Program-made: the position numbers and the translations under genes | Shown: piece by piece, positions 18,188 through 27,777 of the stretch | How the letters are laid out: every line of letters starts with the position of its first letter | How positions within the stretch are numbered: the first letter of the stretch is position 1 | Origin: Candidatus Gottesmanbacteria bacterium | GTDB taxonomy: Bacteria; Patescibacteriota; Microgenomatia; UBA10105; UBA927 | NCBI GenBank assembly: GCA_030679255.1 | Contig: JAUXTO010000013.1 | Coordinates: 18,696 to 82,695 of the forward strand | Direction of reading: 5' to 3' | DNA: 64,000 nt | Notes under the pieces: generated by a model | Told to the model about the DNA's origin: nothing | The model's database searches: none | What the model saw: the letters and a program-made list of their open reading frames with translations, nothing else

Positions 18188-18927
18188 AAGATAAAAAAAT
18201 AGTATTCATGGGTGGAAAGCATGTAGGATATAAGTGCTTGGAGTTTCTTATCCAAAATGGTTACCAAACAATAGGTTGTTACATAAATTCGGATGACACT
18301 GCGACAAATCGTTGGTATGACTCTCTAACGGAGCTCTGTTTACGACAGGGAATACCGGTTTTCTACTTCGCTAATGTCAATTCTGTTGAAAGCGAAAAAA
18401 CAATTCGTCAATTAGCCCCCGATGTCATCACTGTCGTCTATTATGATCAAATACTTCATGAAAATATCATCGATCTTCCGAAAATCGGCTGCACCAATCT
18501 GCACCTTGCTTTATCTCAAGTACACAGAGGCTGCTATCCCACAACATGGAGCTTGATACGAGGAGATACACATACGGGAGCCACGTTCCACTTTATTGTC
18601 CCTAAAATTGACGGCGGTCCAGTTATCGCTCAAAAAAAATTAAAAATCAAAGACTATTGGACCGGTAAGGATCTTTATGCCAACGTGTCTGACGTCGGTA
18701 TAAAGCTTTTTAAAGAATTTTTTCCAAAGCTGGATAGAATTAAACCGCACGCTATTGACATATCCAAATCTCAATATTATCGAAAAGAATTCCCCTCCCG
18801 TGAAGTAAAACTAAACAAAAGTACCTATAATTACGTCAGGTCACTAATATTTGATCCGTTTCCTCCGCCCTATATAAAAATTGGCAATCGTATTTTTACC
18901 ATAAATGAAATGACACTTGATTATTAG
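18184..18927 (+). CDS. Sugar N-formyltransferase-family protein, copy 2
   Basis: NLHLALSQVHRGCYPTTWSLIRGDTHTGATFHFIVPKIDGGPVIAQ is the formyl-transferase core. ATGA overlap with the upstream aminotransferase. Confidence 0.7.
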   Translation: MKDKKIVFMGGKHVGYKCLEFLIQNGYQTIGCYINSDDTATNRWYDSLTELCLRQGIPVFYFANVNSVESEKTIRQLAPDVITVVYYDQILHENIIDLPKIGCTNLHLALSQVHRGCYPTTWSLIRGDTHTGATFHFIVPKIDGGPVIAQKKLKIKDYWTGKDLYANVSDVGIKLFKEFFPKLDRIKPHAIDISKSQYYRKEFPSREVKLNKSTYNYVRSLIFDPFPPPYIKIGNRIFTINEMTLDY

Positions 18928-19872
18928 CTATATCTTCTGTGCCCGTATCACAAACACGTCGCCGAGAGACAGTTTGTCCAAAATCCACTCAACCGGATAC
19001 ACGAGAACCACCAACCACTGTTTTGCAAGAAATGATATATTTCTATGCAATCTCTCGCTGACAACATATCCTAAACTCCCGAGTATGCCTCCCACAGAAC
19101 AAAACTCGATAGTAGGAGTCAAAAATCCATGACGGGTAAGCATTTTCACAAGAGCGCGTGGCGTGAACAGATACGCGTGACGGGGGACGTCCAAATTGTA
19201 CCAATAGCTCCCAAATACCCTTGCGACAACGCTTACCGGATTTGGCGTCCCGATGAGGAGTTCTCCACCGGATTTGAGCTTTTTGCGGATAAGAGACAAA
19301 CAAAGCTCGGGGTCATTGAGATGTTCAATGACATGATAGAGTCGGATGGCGTCAAAAAAATGATCCGGCAACTTCTGCATGTCCCGAAACGAACCGCAGG
19401 AAACGTTTGCCAACCCCCGTTTTTTGGCGACGGCGACGGCAGACCGATCAATTTCCAAACCATAGACATTCCACCCCAGTGTTTTGAGACTCACGAGCGT
19501 ATCCCCTGCTCCGCAACCTACATCTAATACTTTTCCGCCCTTAACAAACTTGGGTATAGCCGGAACATTGGGAATAACCGTAGTTATGAGTCTTGTTATA
19601 ACCGTTGGAGCGTAATAATGCTTGAGAAGATACTTTCTGATACGATCAAATAACCCCTCCTGCTGATTTTCCTTATAAGAATAATAGTTCCGTGACGGAT
19701 AATATCGCTTGACTTGGGATTCAGTCAAAACAGGCTGTTGCCGCAGCATGCCGCATCGTGCACACATCTCATACACAAATTTCTCCTGCCTATCAAACAT
19801 CCGATCCCGCCCGAAGAGAGCAAAACGAAAATGTATTGATCCGCATGCGATACAAAGGGAAGTAGCGCTCAT
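18928..19872 (-). CDS. Class I SAM-dependent methyltransferase with an N-terminal Cys-rich (zinc-ribbon-like) segment
   Basis: VLDVGCGAGDT (motif I), ..DAIRLYHVIEHL... N-terminal C..C..CARCG. Confidence 0.7.
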   Translation of the reverse strand: MSATSLCIACGSIHFRFALFGRDRMFDRQEKFVYEMCARCGMLRQQPVLTESQVKRYYPSRNYYSYKENQQEGLFDRIRKYLLKHYYAPTVITRLITTVIPNVPAIPKFVKGGKVLDVGCGAGDTLVSLKTLGWNVYGLEIDRSAVAVAKKRGLANVSCGSFRDMQKLPDHFFDAIRLYHVIEHLNDPELCLSLIRKKLKSGGELLIGTPNPVSVVARVFGSYWYNLDVPRHAYLFTPRALVKMLTRHGFLTPTIEFCSVGGILGSLGYVVSERLHRNISFLAKQWLVVLVYPVEWILDKLSLGDVFVIRAQKI

Positions 19873-20942
19873 ACCCGAAGTGCCTGTTGTATTTCCGGAA
19901 GGGTACGGAGAAGAGCAATAACGCCTGCTACATCAAGTTGTATCGTGCTTGCCGATGTATAAGCGTCAATAGTATCGACATCTTTTTGTTCCTTACCCCC
20001 ACGCAATAGATACTTATTGTAATCCAATCCCTGGCTCTCCGGAGGAATATCAAAGTAATTATCAAGTTCGTGAGCTCTTGCCATTTCCTCTTTCGATACG
20101 AGAGTCTCGTGTATCTTCTCCCCTGCACGCATCCCGATCTCCTCATATCCTTCTTTATACCCAAACAGTTTGCACATCGCCTGAGCAAGAGTCTCTACGC
20201 TGCATGCAGGAGCCTTGCGGACATAGATATGCCCGCTCTCTCCATGAGTAAGCGCATACATAACCAAACCAACGGCATCCCGCAGCGGTAGAAGAAATCT
20301 CGTCATAGACCCGTACGTAAGAGTGAGTTTCTGTTTTTTCTTCATAAGGTCTATATAAAATGGAATAACCGATCCGCGTGAATACAACACGTTGCCATAC
20401 CGCACGCCACAGTACACGCCTCCGGATTTTCCGGTTGGGGGATAATTTTTTGCTGCGGCGATCATCGTTTTTTCCATGAGCGCCTTTGCCATACCCATGG
20501 CATTAATCGGATAAACGGCCTTATCCGTGCTTAAGACAACGACACGCTTCACTTTGTGAAATGCTGCAGCAGAGAGTACATTATGGGTACCAATGATATT
20601 GGTCTTAACTGCCTCCATCGGGAAAAACTCACAACTGGGAACCTGTTTGAGTGCCGCAGCGTGGAAAATATAATCAACCCCCTCTATTGCCCTCATGACA
20701 CTTTGCTCATCCCGCACGTCACCGATAATGAACGTTAATTTCGGATTATTGAACTCATTGCGCATATCATCCTGTTTTTTTTCGTCCCTGCTATAAATAA
20801 TGATCTTCTGAGGGTCATAGTGAAGAAGTTCAACAGCTACGGTATGGCCAAATGATCCTGTTCCTCCGGTTATCAGTATGGTCTTGCCGGCTAAAGCAAC
20901 TTCGAGGTCCTTACGAATTGGTGTTTTCAAATCATTTTTCAT
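19869..20942 (-). CDS. UDP-GlcNAc 4,6-dehydratase of the PglF/PseB/CapD family
   Basis: ILITGGTGSFG, IIYSRDEKKQ, FIIGDVRD, LSTDKAVYPINAMGMAK. Met replaces the SDR catalytic Tyr, as reported for the PglF/WbpM type. Start taken at the internal Met (MKNDLKTP). Confidence 0.75.
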   Translation of the reverse strand: MKNDLKTPIRKDLEVALAGKTILITGGTGSFGHTVAVELLHYDPQKIIIYSRDEKKQDDMRNEFNNPKLTFIIGDVRDEQSVMRAIEGVDYIFHAAALKQVPSCEFFPMEAVKTNIIGTHNVLSAAAFHKVKRVVVLSTDKAVYPINAMGMAKALMEKTMIAAAKNYPPTGKSGGVYCGVRYGNVLYSRGSVIPFYIDLMKKKQKLTLTYGSMTRFLLPLRDAVGLVMYALTHGESGHIYVRKAPACSVETLAQAMCKLFGYKEGYEEIGMRAGEKIHETLVSKEEMARAHELDNYFDIPPESQGLDYNKYLLRGGKEQKDVDTIDAYTSASTIQLDVAGVIALLRTLPEIQQALRV

Positions 20943-23064
20943 ATGTTGTGGATCTCCTTTTTTGGATAAACAATAATACGAAATATCCACCAAACAAAAA
21001 GGCTGTTACCAAAGATACTATACTTCCGTAAGTATATACGTTTTGTTGCCTAAAGTTAATGTCTACCGTATAAGTCCCGATTTGATTGAACTGAAAACTA
21101 TTTAAACCGAAAGGAGTCGACCGGTTTACGATCATTTTTCCATCTGCCGTAGCTTGCCAATACGGATTGTAATGTTCAGAAAAAATGAGCGTTGTAGGCA
21201 CGTCAACTGATACATTGACGAGATAATGAGTTTGACTTAATTCCTTGTACGAAATCGATTCTTCTGCCATGAATCCGTCACGCTCTAATTGAAACTTGCC
21301 GAAAGGATCAGAAACTTCGTAAACCGCGAGGTTCTGAAATGAACTATCCCGCGTAAGCCATGGCATTGAATCCAACCTGCTTACAAAGGCTTGACGCTGA
21401 CTGTCATCATATTTCCTGTCTTTAGTAAAGATCTCCCCATAGGGATCGTACGGAACGACTACGAATCGCACAGCGAGTGATCGGAAGAGGTCTACAAGAT
21501 TTTGCTGATCCATGTGGCGTAATAATTCTCCAGAATTCGTAGCTTGGAAAAGAGGAATCGCCTCTGTGGACGGATGCGTATTGGAATAGAAAGCGAAACG
21601 TGGCTGCCTGGGCATCCATAACGTCCGGGAGAATGTCGTATCCTCTGAGAGAATATTCTTTAATTGTATATATTCTCTTGGCACAGACCGTTCGCTAAAT
21701 GTACCCTGAAGTTGCACAAATATCGCTTGTCTACTCAATATAATCCAGAAAAAAATAAAAATACCATACAGGGAATGACGAAATATAAATATTTTGACAT
21801 TACCATTACCGGACCGTATCCCGCGGCTCAGTAGCGTTGATACCCATAGTAAAAAATGCTCAATGGCCAAAGGAATGAGAACGGCGTATGAAAGAATTAT
21901 AAATAAGTAGAATTTCGTAGGATCACGAAATAGCGCGAAACCGGGAATTTTTTCGTACATCCATATATTCACAAAACCAAAGGGCTCATTTGCTCCTTTT
22001 GCCAAAAAAGCTCCGATAAGAGCAAGGAGGGAGAGAAACCGAATAGACAATACAGACACCTGTTGTTTATTGTTTACTGTTTTTTGTCCAATCCACACGA
22101 GTGAACTAAACGCAAGTACTGGCAACACGAGGAACTCCGGCCGTAGAAAATATACCTTTCCGAATATATTTTCCGGCCAGTTGGGATGGAGCAGCGATAT
22201 TCCATTGGAAAATGTAGCAAAAGAATGAAATATAAATGCTCCGGAAGACGTATAATTTGAAACCAAACTATCTAAAGGAGTCGTTCTATATACGAGTATC
22301 GGGAGAATCCATGAGGCATGGAGAAACAGACTGATAAGTATCGGTAACCCGAAGACATACGTCAATTTTTTGAAAACAGGCTTAAACTTGAAACCGGATG
22401 TACTTGCAGTAGAACGGACGTGATCTATCACATAAACGACGAAATAAAGAAATACTGCAATAGCTACAAGATATGCTATTCTTGCATCAAACAGCATCAC
22501 AACTGCAAAAGATATACCCGTACCAAGCGATTTCCGTAAAAAATCACTTTTTTCTAATATAACATTGTGTATCAGTTGTATCCAATGTCCAAGAGCCAAT
22601 GGTGCAAAAGCATATGCTAAAGCAACGCCCAGTTGTCCCCCGCCAACCACCATAAGAATATAGGTATTCGTACTGTAGATAAGAAGCGCAATAATCCATT
22701 GCCAGGGCTTTACCCGAAGACATAGAACATGAATTAAATAATATGCAGAATAGAGAGATCCGACTATAAATAGTCCGAAATAAAAGACTTTATACACAAT
22801 ATTCCATGGAATATTCATTCCACGAACAAATATCGAAGAAATACTATACAGGTAGCTATCTAAAGAATACACTATGGGTATCCCTCCCAATCCGTTGCCC
22901 TGATACGCTCCCCATGAAGAAACCCAGAGTGGTAAACTTTTAAGAAACTCCGTAGAGAAATACGGCCAGTCACCCCCGATTATTTCACTATACAGAAACC
23001 ATTGCCGAAAAAACACGAACGCTATGACCACTACGACGCTGATAAATAGCAACATCTTCTTCAT
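20932..23064 (-). CDS. Large polytopic membrane protein with a C-terminal extracytoplasmic domain and C-terminal TM anchor (GT-C/YfhO-like architecture), family A
   Basis: 710 aa. More than 10 predicted TM helices. N-terminal loop IIGGDWPYF..GNGLGG resembles the FW..PGE.D.GGD..RLYFY..GIGG motif of the next two large proteins. Confidence 0.55.
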   Translation of the reverse strand: MKKMLLFISVVVVIAFVFFRQWFLYSEIIGGDWPYFSTEFLKSLPLWVSSWGAYQGNGLGGIPIVYSLDSYLYSISSIFVRGMNIPWNIVYKVFYFGLFIVGSLYSAYYLIHVLCLRVKPWQWIIALLIYSTNTYILMVVGGGQLGVALAYAFAPLALGHWIQLIHNVILEKSDFLRKSLGTGISFAVVMLFDARIAYLVAIAVFLYFVVYVIDHVRSTASTSGFKFKPVFKKLTYVFGLPILISLFLHASWILPILVYRTTPLDSLVSNYTSSGAFIFHSFATFSNGISLLHPNWPENIFGKVYFLRPEFLVLPVLAFSSLVWIGQKTVNNKQQVSVLSIRFLSLLALIGAFLAKGANEPFGFVNIWMYEKIPGFALFRDPTKFYLFIILSYAVLIPLAIEHFLLWVSTLLSRGIRSGNGNVKIFIFRHSLYGIFIFFWIILSRQAIFVQLQGTFSERSVPREYIQLKNILSEDTTFSRTLWMPRQPRFAFYSNTHPSTEAIPLFQATNSGELLRHMDQQNLVDLFRSLAVRFVVVPYDPYGEIFTKDRKYDDSQRQAFVSRLDSMPWLTRDSSFQNLAVYEVSDPFGKFQLERDGFMAEESISYKELSQTHYLVNVSVDVPTTLIFSEHYNPYWQATADGKMIVNRSTPFGLNSFQFNQIGTYTVDINFRQQNVYTYGSIVSLVTAFLFGGYFVLLFIQKRRSTTYEK

Positions 23065-23066
23065 GA

Positions 23067-23696
23067 CTAAATAGTTTTTACGGCAAAAAGATCAAATGAC
23101 TTAGTGGGAAAAAAATATAAGATTGGCTCCGTAATAAAAGCAATGAGACCCCAAAAAAACCATGGCTTATACTTTATGGTCGCAAACTCACCTCGGAGCC
23201 AATGAAAACTTCGTAGTCCATGTACTATGTATCCCCGTTTTTCAAAATCCTTAGCTGACCAACCGGAGTGATGATCCTGATATGGATTATTGTCATAGTG
23301 ACCTTGTTTACAAAAACCATTTGGGGTAAGGATAATTACTTTTTTCTTCGCGATACGCTCCATGCTACTCATGAACAAAAATGCCTGTTTTTTTGTCAAA
23401 TGTTCGATTACGTCCATTGCTACAACAGCATCAAAACTCTTCGGTTTATAGTAAACATCTAATTTTGTTATATCTCCGACTTTATATTTATTATGAAGTT
23501 TATTTTTTTTACTTATGGTGACGCTTTTTCTGTCAATTTCAATTCCTTCCGAATAGATAGATTTAATCTCAGACCGGATTGATGAATTCTGACCGCATCC
23601 AACATCCAGTATCGATGTGCAACCTGACAACTGCACGCGGACTGCAGTATGGAAAAACATATCTTTATTCTCATGAATTAATTGTATTATGTTCAT
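23067..23696 (-). CDS. Class I SAM-dependent methyltransferase
   Basis: ILDVGCGQNSS, DAVVAMDVIEHL. AT-rich. Confidence 0.7.
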   Translation of the reverse strand: MNIIQLIHENKDMFFHTAVRVQLSGCTSILDVGCGQNSSIRSEIKSIYSEGIEIDRKSVTISKKNKLHNKYKVGDITKLDVYYKPKSFDAVVAMDVIEHLTKKQAFLFMSSMERIAKKKVIILTPNGFCKQGHYDNNPYQDHHSGWSAKDFEKRGYIVHGLRSFHWLRGEFATIKYKPWFFWGLIAFITEPILYFFPTKSFDLFAVKTI

Positions 23697-23700
23697 AAGT

Positions 23701-26700
23701 CTATGACGTCCATTTTCGATTACGTAAAAAAATCAGACTGGCAATAACTCCCAACAATGTGACCATTGATACCCCAAGGAAAATATAAAAATAGTTTTGT
23801 GTAGACATTTCCATAATTAATGTATAGGATGATCTGTTTTCCATGTCTTCCGGCTCAATAATCCATCCATTGGCGTATCCGTTTACTCTGAAATGTCCTT
23901 TTTCCGCCACTGACTTTTTACCCCATGATGTAAAATTCCGCATATCAAAGAATGAATTGGAATTTTTTCCTTCCTTTACCAATCCGTTGAAATATTCTGC
24001 GACTATGGCGTTGTTTCCGGCGCCGTCGTTTTTATTAACCACAGGTGTCTTTGATATGAACGCGCCGAGCAAATTCATTACCCTTGAAACCCAATCTTCC
24101 TGTCTACGCGAAACATCTATTAATTTCCATTGATCGTCATATGCTTCCAAAAACATGAGCACATACGGATTCATTGCATTGGTCACCTTTATTTGATATC
24201 GAGTCGGATTTATTTTAGAAAACTCAACCGTGGGCTCTTTGAATGAATTATTCACATCCGTTGATTGTTTTACATATAATATCTTCGGATTATATACTTC
24301 AACTATAGAAAGTTGTTTTATATCAATTGCAGCATTAGTTTTTTTTGTATTGTTTAGAAATTGGATAAATCCAGCTATCGACGTTAAATCCGTAGTCACT
24401 ATAGCCTGATGAGTTGTCCATTCATTTGCTGATAACGCATGTTCCAGATATACATGCCTTCTTATATCATTCTTATCGTCGTTTACGAAACGTTTGTCAA
24501 ATATGCGAAATAATACACTATCTCCATGAGTATTATAGTTGAAAGTGATCACAAATTGTTTTTTTGGAGCCCAATAATCTATTTGTCTGACTAAACCCCC
24601 TGAATTATCGCCAGGCGTATTTACAAGTGATAGTGACTCAACTGTATTATCCTTCGTTATGATGCTTCCGGATGTCTCCCAAAAACTATTTTGAACATAA
24701 TTAGATTGCTTTTGTAAAAGAACCTGAAATGGATTTTTCCCGTCTTTTGTAAAAACTACAGATCCAAGTCTCAACAAATTGGGCGACTTACTATCAATTT
24801 TTTGTCTAAGGCTGTAATTGTCAATATCTAATTGGATATCTGATACCAAATCGGGTAATGCTAATTCCGAATCCGATTGTAAGCCCTGTATGAATACGTC
24901 ATATATATTTTTATTGGATATATTTGGAATTTTTACACCGTAAAGCAATACCGACGGGTCATACACTTTTAGCTTTAACTGCTTATCTAACCTGTCAAAC
25001 ATCTGGTTTATTTCTACTTCAAGATACTGTATCTCCGTATCCTTCTTACGGTTGCTCTGCAGAAGTTTAGTGAGTACATTACGATGCTGCCACAGTTGTT
25101 CACTTATCTTGATCTGATCTGCTTCATGTAAACTATCAGATAATTTATTTATTCCTATCCATTCAATAATGCTATTCATTCCTGACTCATATCGGGATAA
25201 ACTCGCCTCCCAACTGAAATATCGGTTTATACTTAAGATGTTACTAATTTTTGGCGGTGGGACTGTGTGATTAACTATCGGCAACGTATCACCCCAGCGC
25301 TGTAGCTCCAGAATTCTCTTTGTCAGAAAATAAAGACTAAAATCCAAATAACGACTATGGTTATTCCTGCTCCGCCACAATTGAACTTTCTCTTTTATCA
25401 AAACAAGCGGGTATAAATAATTATCCAACTTCACCGATACAAAAGGCTCATGTCGATGCAGATGGTAGTTATCCCTGAGTGATTCTAAGGGACCATCTGA
25501 TTCTGCCTCCAATATGACATTATCTGATGATTTATCCGAATTGCCTATATGAAAAATTGCACTTTTAATATCTTTATTCAGTTGAGAATTGAGAATAAAT
25601 GAATCCGGAAATGAGGTATATATTCTATCTGATGTTGTATATATGTGTGGTAAATAGCTATCATCCGTTATAGAATAAAGATATTTGTCATTTCTTAAGT
25701 TTTCAGTTTTACCCGTATCAAGAGGAAATTTTGGCAACAATGTTTGATATTCTTTTTGTGTTTTGGGCATATAATCCCGAACATAATCGTAAGGAAACGA
25801 CGGAAAATTATCGTCATAGATATACGGATCACTGTTATAAAATATATATTTGATATTTAACACAGAAATTAATCTGTTCACTATATCAAAATCATTACTA
25901 CGGACGGCTTCGATGAAGCCTTGACCATATGGTCCTAATCCGCCATAACCCGGAAAATCGTTTTTTCCGGCTAAGTAGGAAAACATAGATGGCCCGATAT
26001 AGACTCCTCCGTCTTTTCCTGCAATCACCTGATAACCGGGGCCAGTCAAAGGTAATGACAATATTTTACCGTCAACCGGAAGAAGACGAATTTTATCTAT
26101 TAATGAATCAATGCCTGAATCCATACGGATATTTTGTTTTATCAATTTGGAACGAACATGAACGTCATTTACCATCGATCCATTTATAAGCGGATATGCA
26201 CCGGAAACCAGAACAATAAAAAATAAGAGAAACAATAGATATCGATATCTATTCCTAATGCCCGATGCAACGACAGCAACGCACTGTCCAATCAGGAGCG
26301 CGTAAAAAAAGACATACACAGTAGACCACTGCCCGTAGAAATTACGAAACATTTTAAAGCCCGGTATATAAAAAAGTGCTTTATAAAGATTAAATCCGAG
26401 TGAAGTAATATTGGCAGAAACAAAAAATAGTGTAACAAGGAAAAAAAACAAAGTTAAGAGCGTGCTATCGCTTAACCACCCTCCTCCCTTTTTTCGATTC
26501 ATTATAAGACCCCATAGTAAAACGAGGGGAAAAAACACTGAGCCAAACGACGTCCACGCTATATCACGTACTTGTGCCAAATTAAATAGGCTTATACTTA
26601 CCTTAATACTCGGTGCTATTGCAGTAAAATAATCTAATCCCCGCGATATGCTACTTTCTTCAGAAAAAACTGCCTTATACTGACTTTTAAAAAAAAGAAG

Positions 26701-27453
26701 ACTTAATACATGCGGCAGTATATGAAAAGCCTGTAGCAATAGAAATAAAATAGATCCTGCGATTATGCCTTTCCAAGGAAACTTTTTTTGAAGTACCCTG
26801 ACACTGTAGATATATAAAAATACTAAAGAAAAGGGAAAAAATGAAAAAAAACCCGGAGCTGAAAAGAAAGAAAAATTAAAGGAAAACAAAAATGTAAACA
26901 AAAGCACAACTAATAAATATTTAAATCGATGTGAAATTATATATCGAAGTAATAAATAAAACATTAGCGGGTAGACAAAAATTTGCGTATGGGTAAGTAT
27001 CGCCCTATCCCAACCGCTGTTGACCATAATCGGAGAAAATACATAAAATAACCCTGCTGCAATTGCAGAAAATTCAATAATCCACGCATCGAAATTTTTT
27101 CGGTTATAAGAAAGCAGCTCTTTCACGATGAGGTAACACGCCAAAAATCCGACGCTTAACTTCAGTCCATTGGATATTCCGATCAGGATCGTTGGTGTGA
27201 ATAGTAAACGTAGAAATCCTAAAACCAATAGATACGGAATAGCAAAATAACTTAGCGAATCTCCACCGATACCCGAAGGGATTATGTTGTAGAGAAAAAG
27301 TGCCTTGAGATACATCATCGGTTGGTAAAAGTATAAACGGGTTGAGTCGCCTCCCAGATCCATTTCTCCAGGTTTTAACCAAAAAAAGGGAATAACAAAA
27401 AGTAGAAGTGTAATTAAGATAAATGGAATTTTATGCAGGCTATGTGTTTTCAT
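23701..27453 (-). CDS. Giant (about 1250 aa) polytopic membrane protein, family A paralog: N-terminal multi-TM GT-C-like domain, long extracytoplasmic region, C-terminal TM anchor
   Basis: FFWLKPGEMDLGGDSTRLYFYQP..SGIGG in the first loop. C-terminal ..HFRVNGYANGWIIEPEDM..YTLIMEMSTQ.. plus a final TM, homologous to 27778-30246. Start set at the internal Met (MKTHSL..) to abut the small ORF. Confidence 0.6.
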   Translation of the reverse strand: MKTHSLHKIPFILITLLLFVIPFFWLKPGEMDLGGDSTRLYFYQPMMYLKALFLYNIIPSGIGGDSLSYFAIPYLLVLGFLRLLFTPTILIGISNGLKLSVGFLACYLIVKELLSYNRKNFDAWIIEFSAIAAGLFYVFSPIMVNSGWDRAILTHTQIFVYPLMFYLLLRYIISHRFKYLLVVLLFTFLFSFNFSFFSAPGFFSFFPFSLVFLYIYSVRVLQKKFPWKGIIAGSILFLLLQAFHILPHVLSLLFFKSQYKAVFSEESSISRGLDYFTAIAPSIKVSISLFNLAQVRDIAWTSFGSVFFPLVLLWGLIMNRKKGGGWLSDSTLLTLFFFLVTLFFVSANITSLGFNLYKALFYIPGFKMFRNFYGQWSTVYVFFYALLIGQCVAVVASGIRNRYRYLLFLLFFIVLVSGAYPLINGSMVNDVHVRSKLIKQNIRMDSGIDSLIDKIRLLPVDGKILSLPLTGPGYQVIAGKDGGVYIGPSMFSYLAGKNDFPGYGGLGPYGQGFIEAVRSNDFDIVNRLISVLNIKYIFYNSDPYIYDDNFPSFPYDYVRDYMPKTQKEYQTLLPKFPLDTGKTENLRNDKYLYSITDDSYLPHIYTTSDRIYTSFPDSFILNSQLNKDIKSAIFHIGNSDKSSDNVILEAESDGPLESLRDNYHLHRHEPFVSVKLDNYLYPLVLIKEKVQLWRSRNNHSRYLDFSLYFLTKRILELQRWGDTLPIVNHTVPPPKISNILSINRYFSWEASLSRYESGMNSIIEWIGINKLSDSLHEADQIKISEQLWQHRNVLTKLLQSNRKKDTEIQYLEVEINQMFDRLDKQLKLKVYDPSVLLYGVKIPNISNKNIYDVFIQGLQSDSELALPDLVSDIQLDIDNYSLRQKIDSKSPNLLRLGSVVFTKDGKNPFQVLLQKQSNYVQNSFWETSGSIITKDNTVESLSLVNTPGDNSGGLVRQIDYWAPKKQFVITFNYNTHGDSVLFRIFDKRFVNDDKNDIRRHVYLEHALSANEWTTHQAIVTTDLTSIAGFIQFLNNTKKTNAAIDIKQLSIVEVYNPKILYVKQSTDVNNSFKEPTVEFSKINPTRYQIKVTNAMNPYVLMFLEAYDDQWKLIDVSRRQEDWVSRVMNLLGAFISKTPVVNKNDGAGNNAIVAEYFNGLVKEGKNSNSFFDMRNFTSWGKKSVAEKGHFRVNGYANGWIIEPEDMENRSSYTLIMEMSTQNYFYIFLGVSMVTLLGVIASLIFLRNRKWTS

Positions 27454-27767
27454 TCTTTTAGTTGCTGCACCAAGCCTACTCCCATTAGAAAAAATAACCA
27501 CACTGCTGCTTTTTCCGTATTTTCCGAAGCACCTGACAAAAGAAATTCAATATACATAATGATCAATACGAAAAGGCTTAAAATAAACGTGAAACGACCT
27601 GACAATTTATAAATAAAAATACTTGCTATATAGATTCCTAATAAAGTAAAAATCCGTATGTCCGAACTTTCTTTCAAAAAAAGAATATCCGCACAAATCC
27701 CCAAAAAGATTGTGGTTAAAATAACCTGCTTGCCTTGCTGTAATACATTGAATACCTTCTTTCTCAT
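27450..27767 (-). CDS. Small (105 aa) 3-4 TM membrane protein (GtrA/DUF2304-like size class), function unknown
   Basis: Hydrophobic helices; sits between the two giant paralogs. Confidence 0.4.
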   Translation of the reverse strand: MRKKVFNVLQQGKQVILTTIFLGICADILFLKESSDIRIFTLLGIYIASIFIYKLSGRFTFILSLFVLIIMYIEFLLSGASENTEKAAVWLFFLMGVGLVQQLKE

Positions 27768-27777
27768 AAGATAGTAA

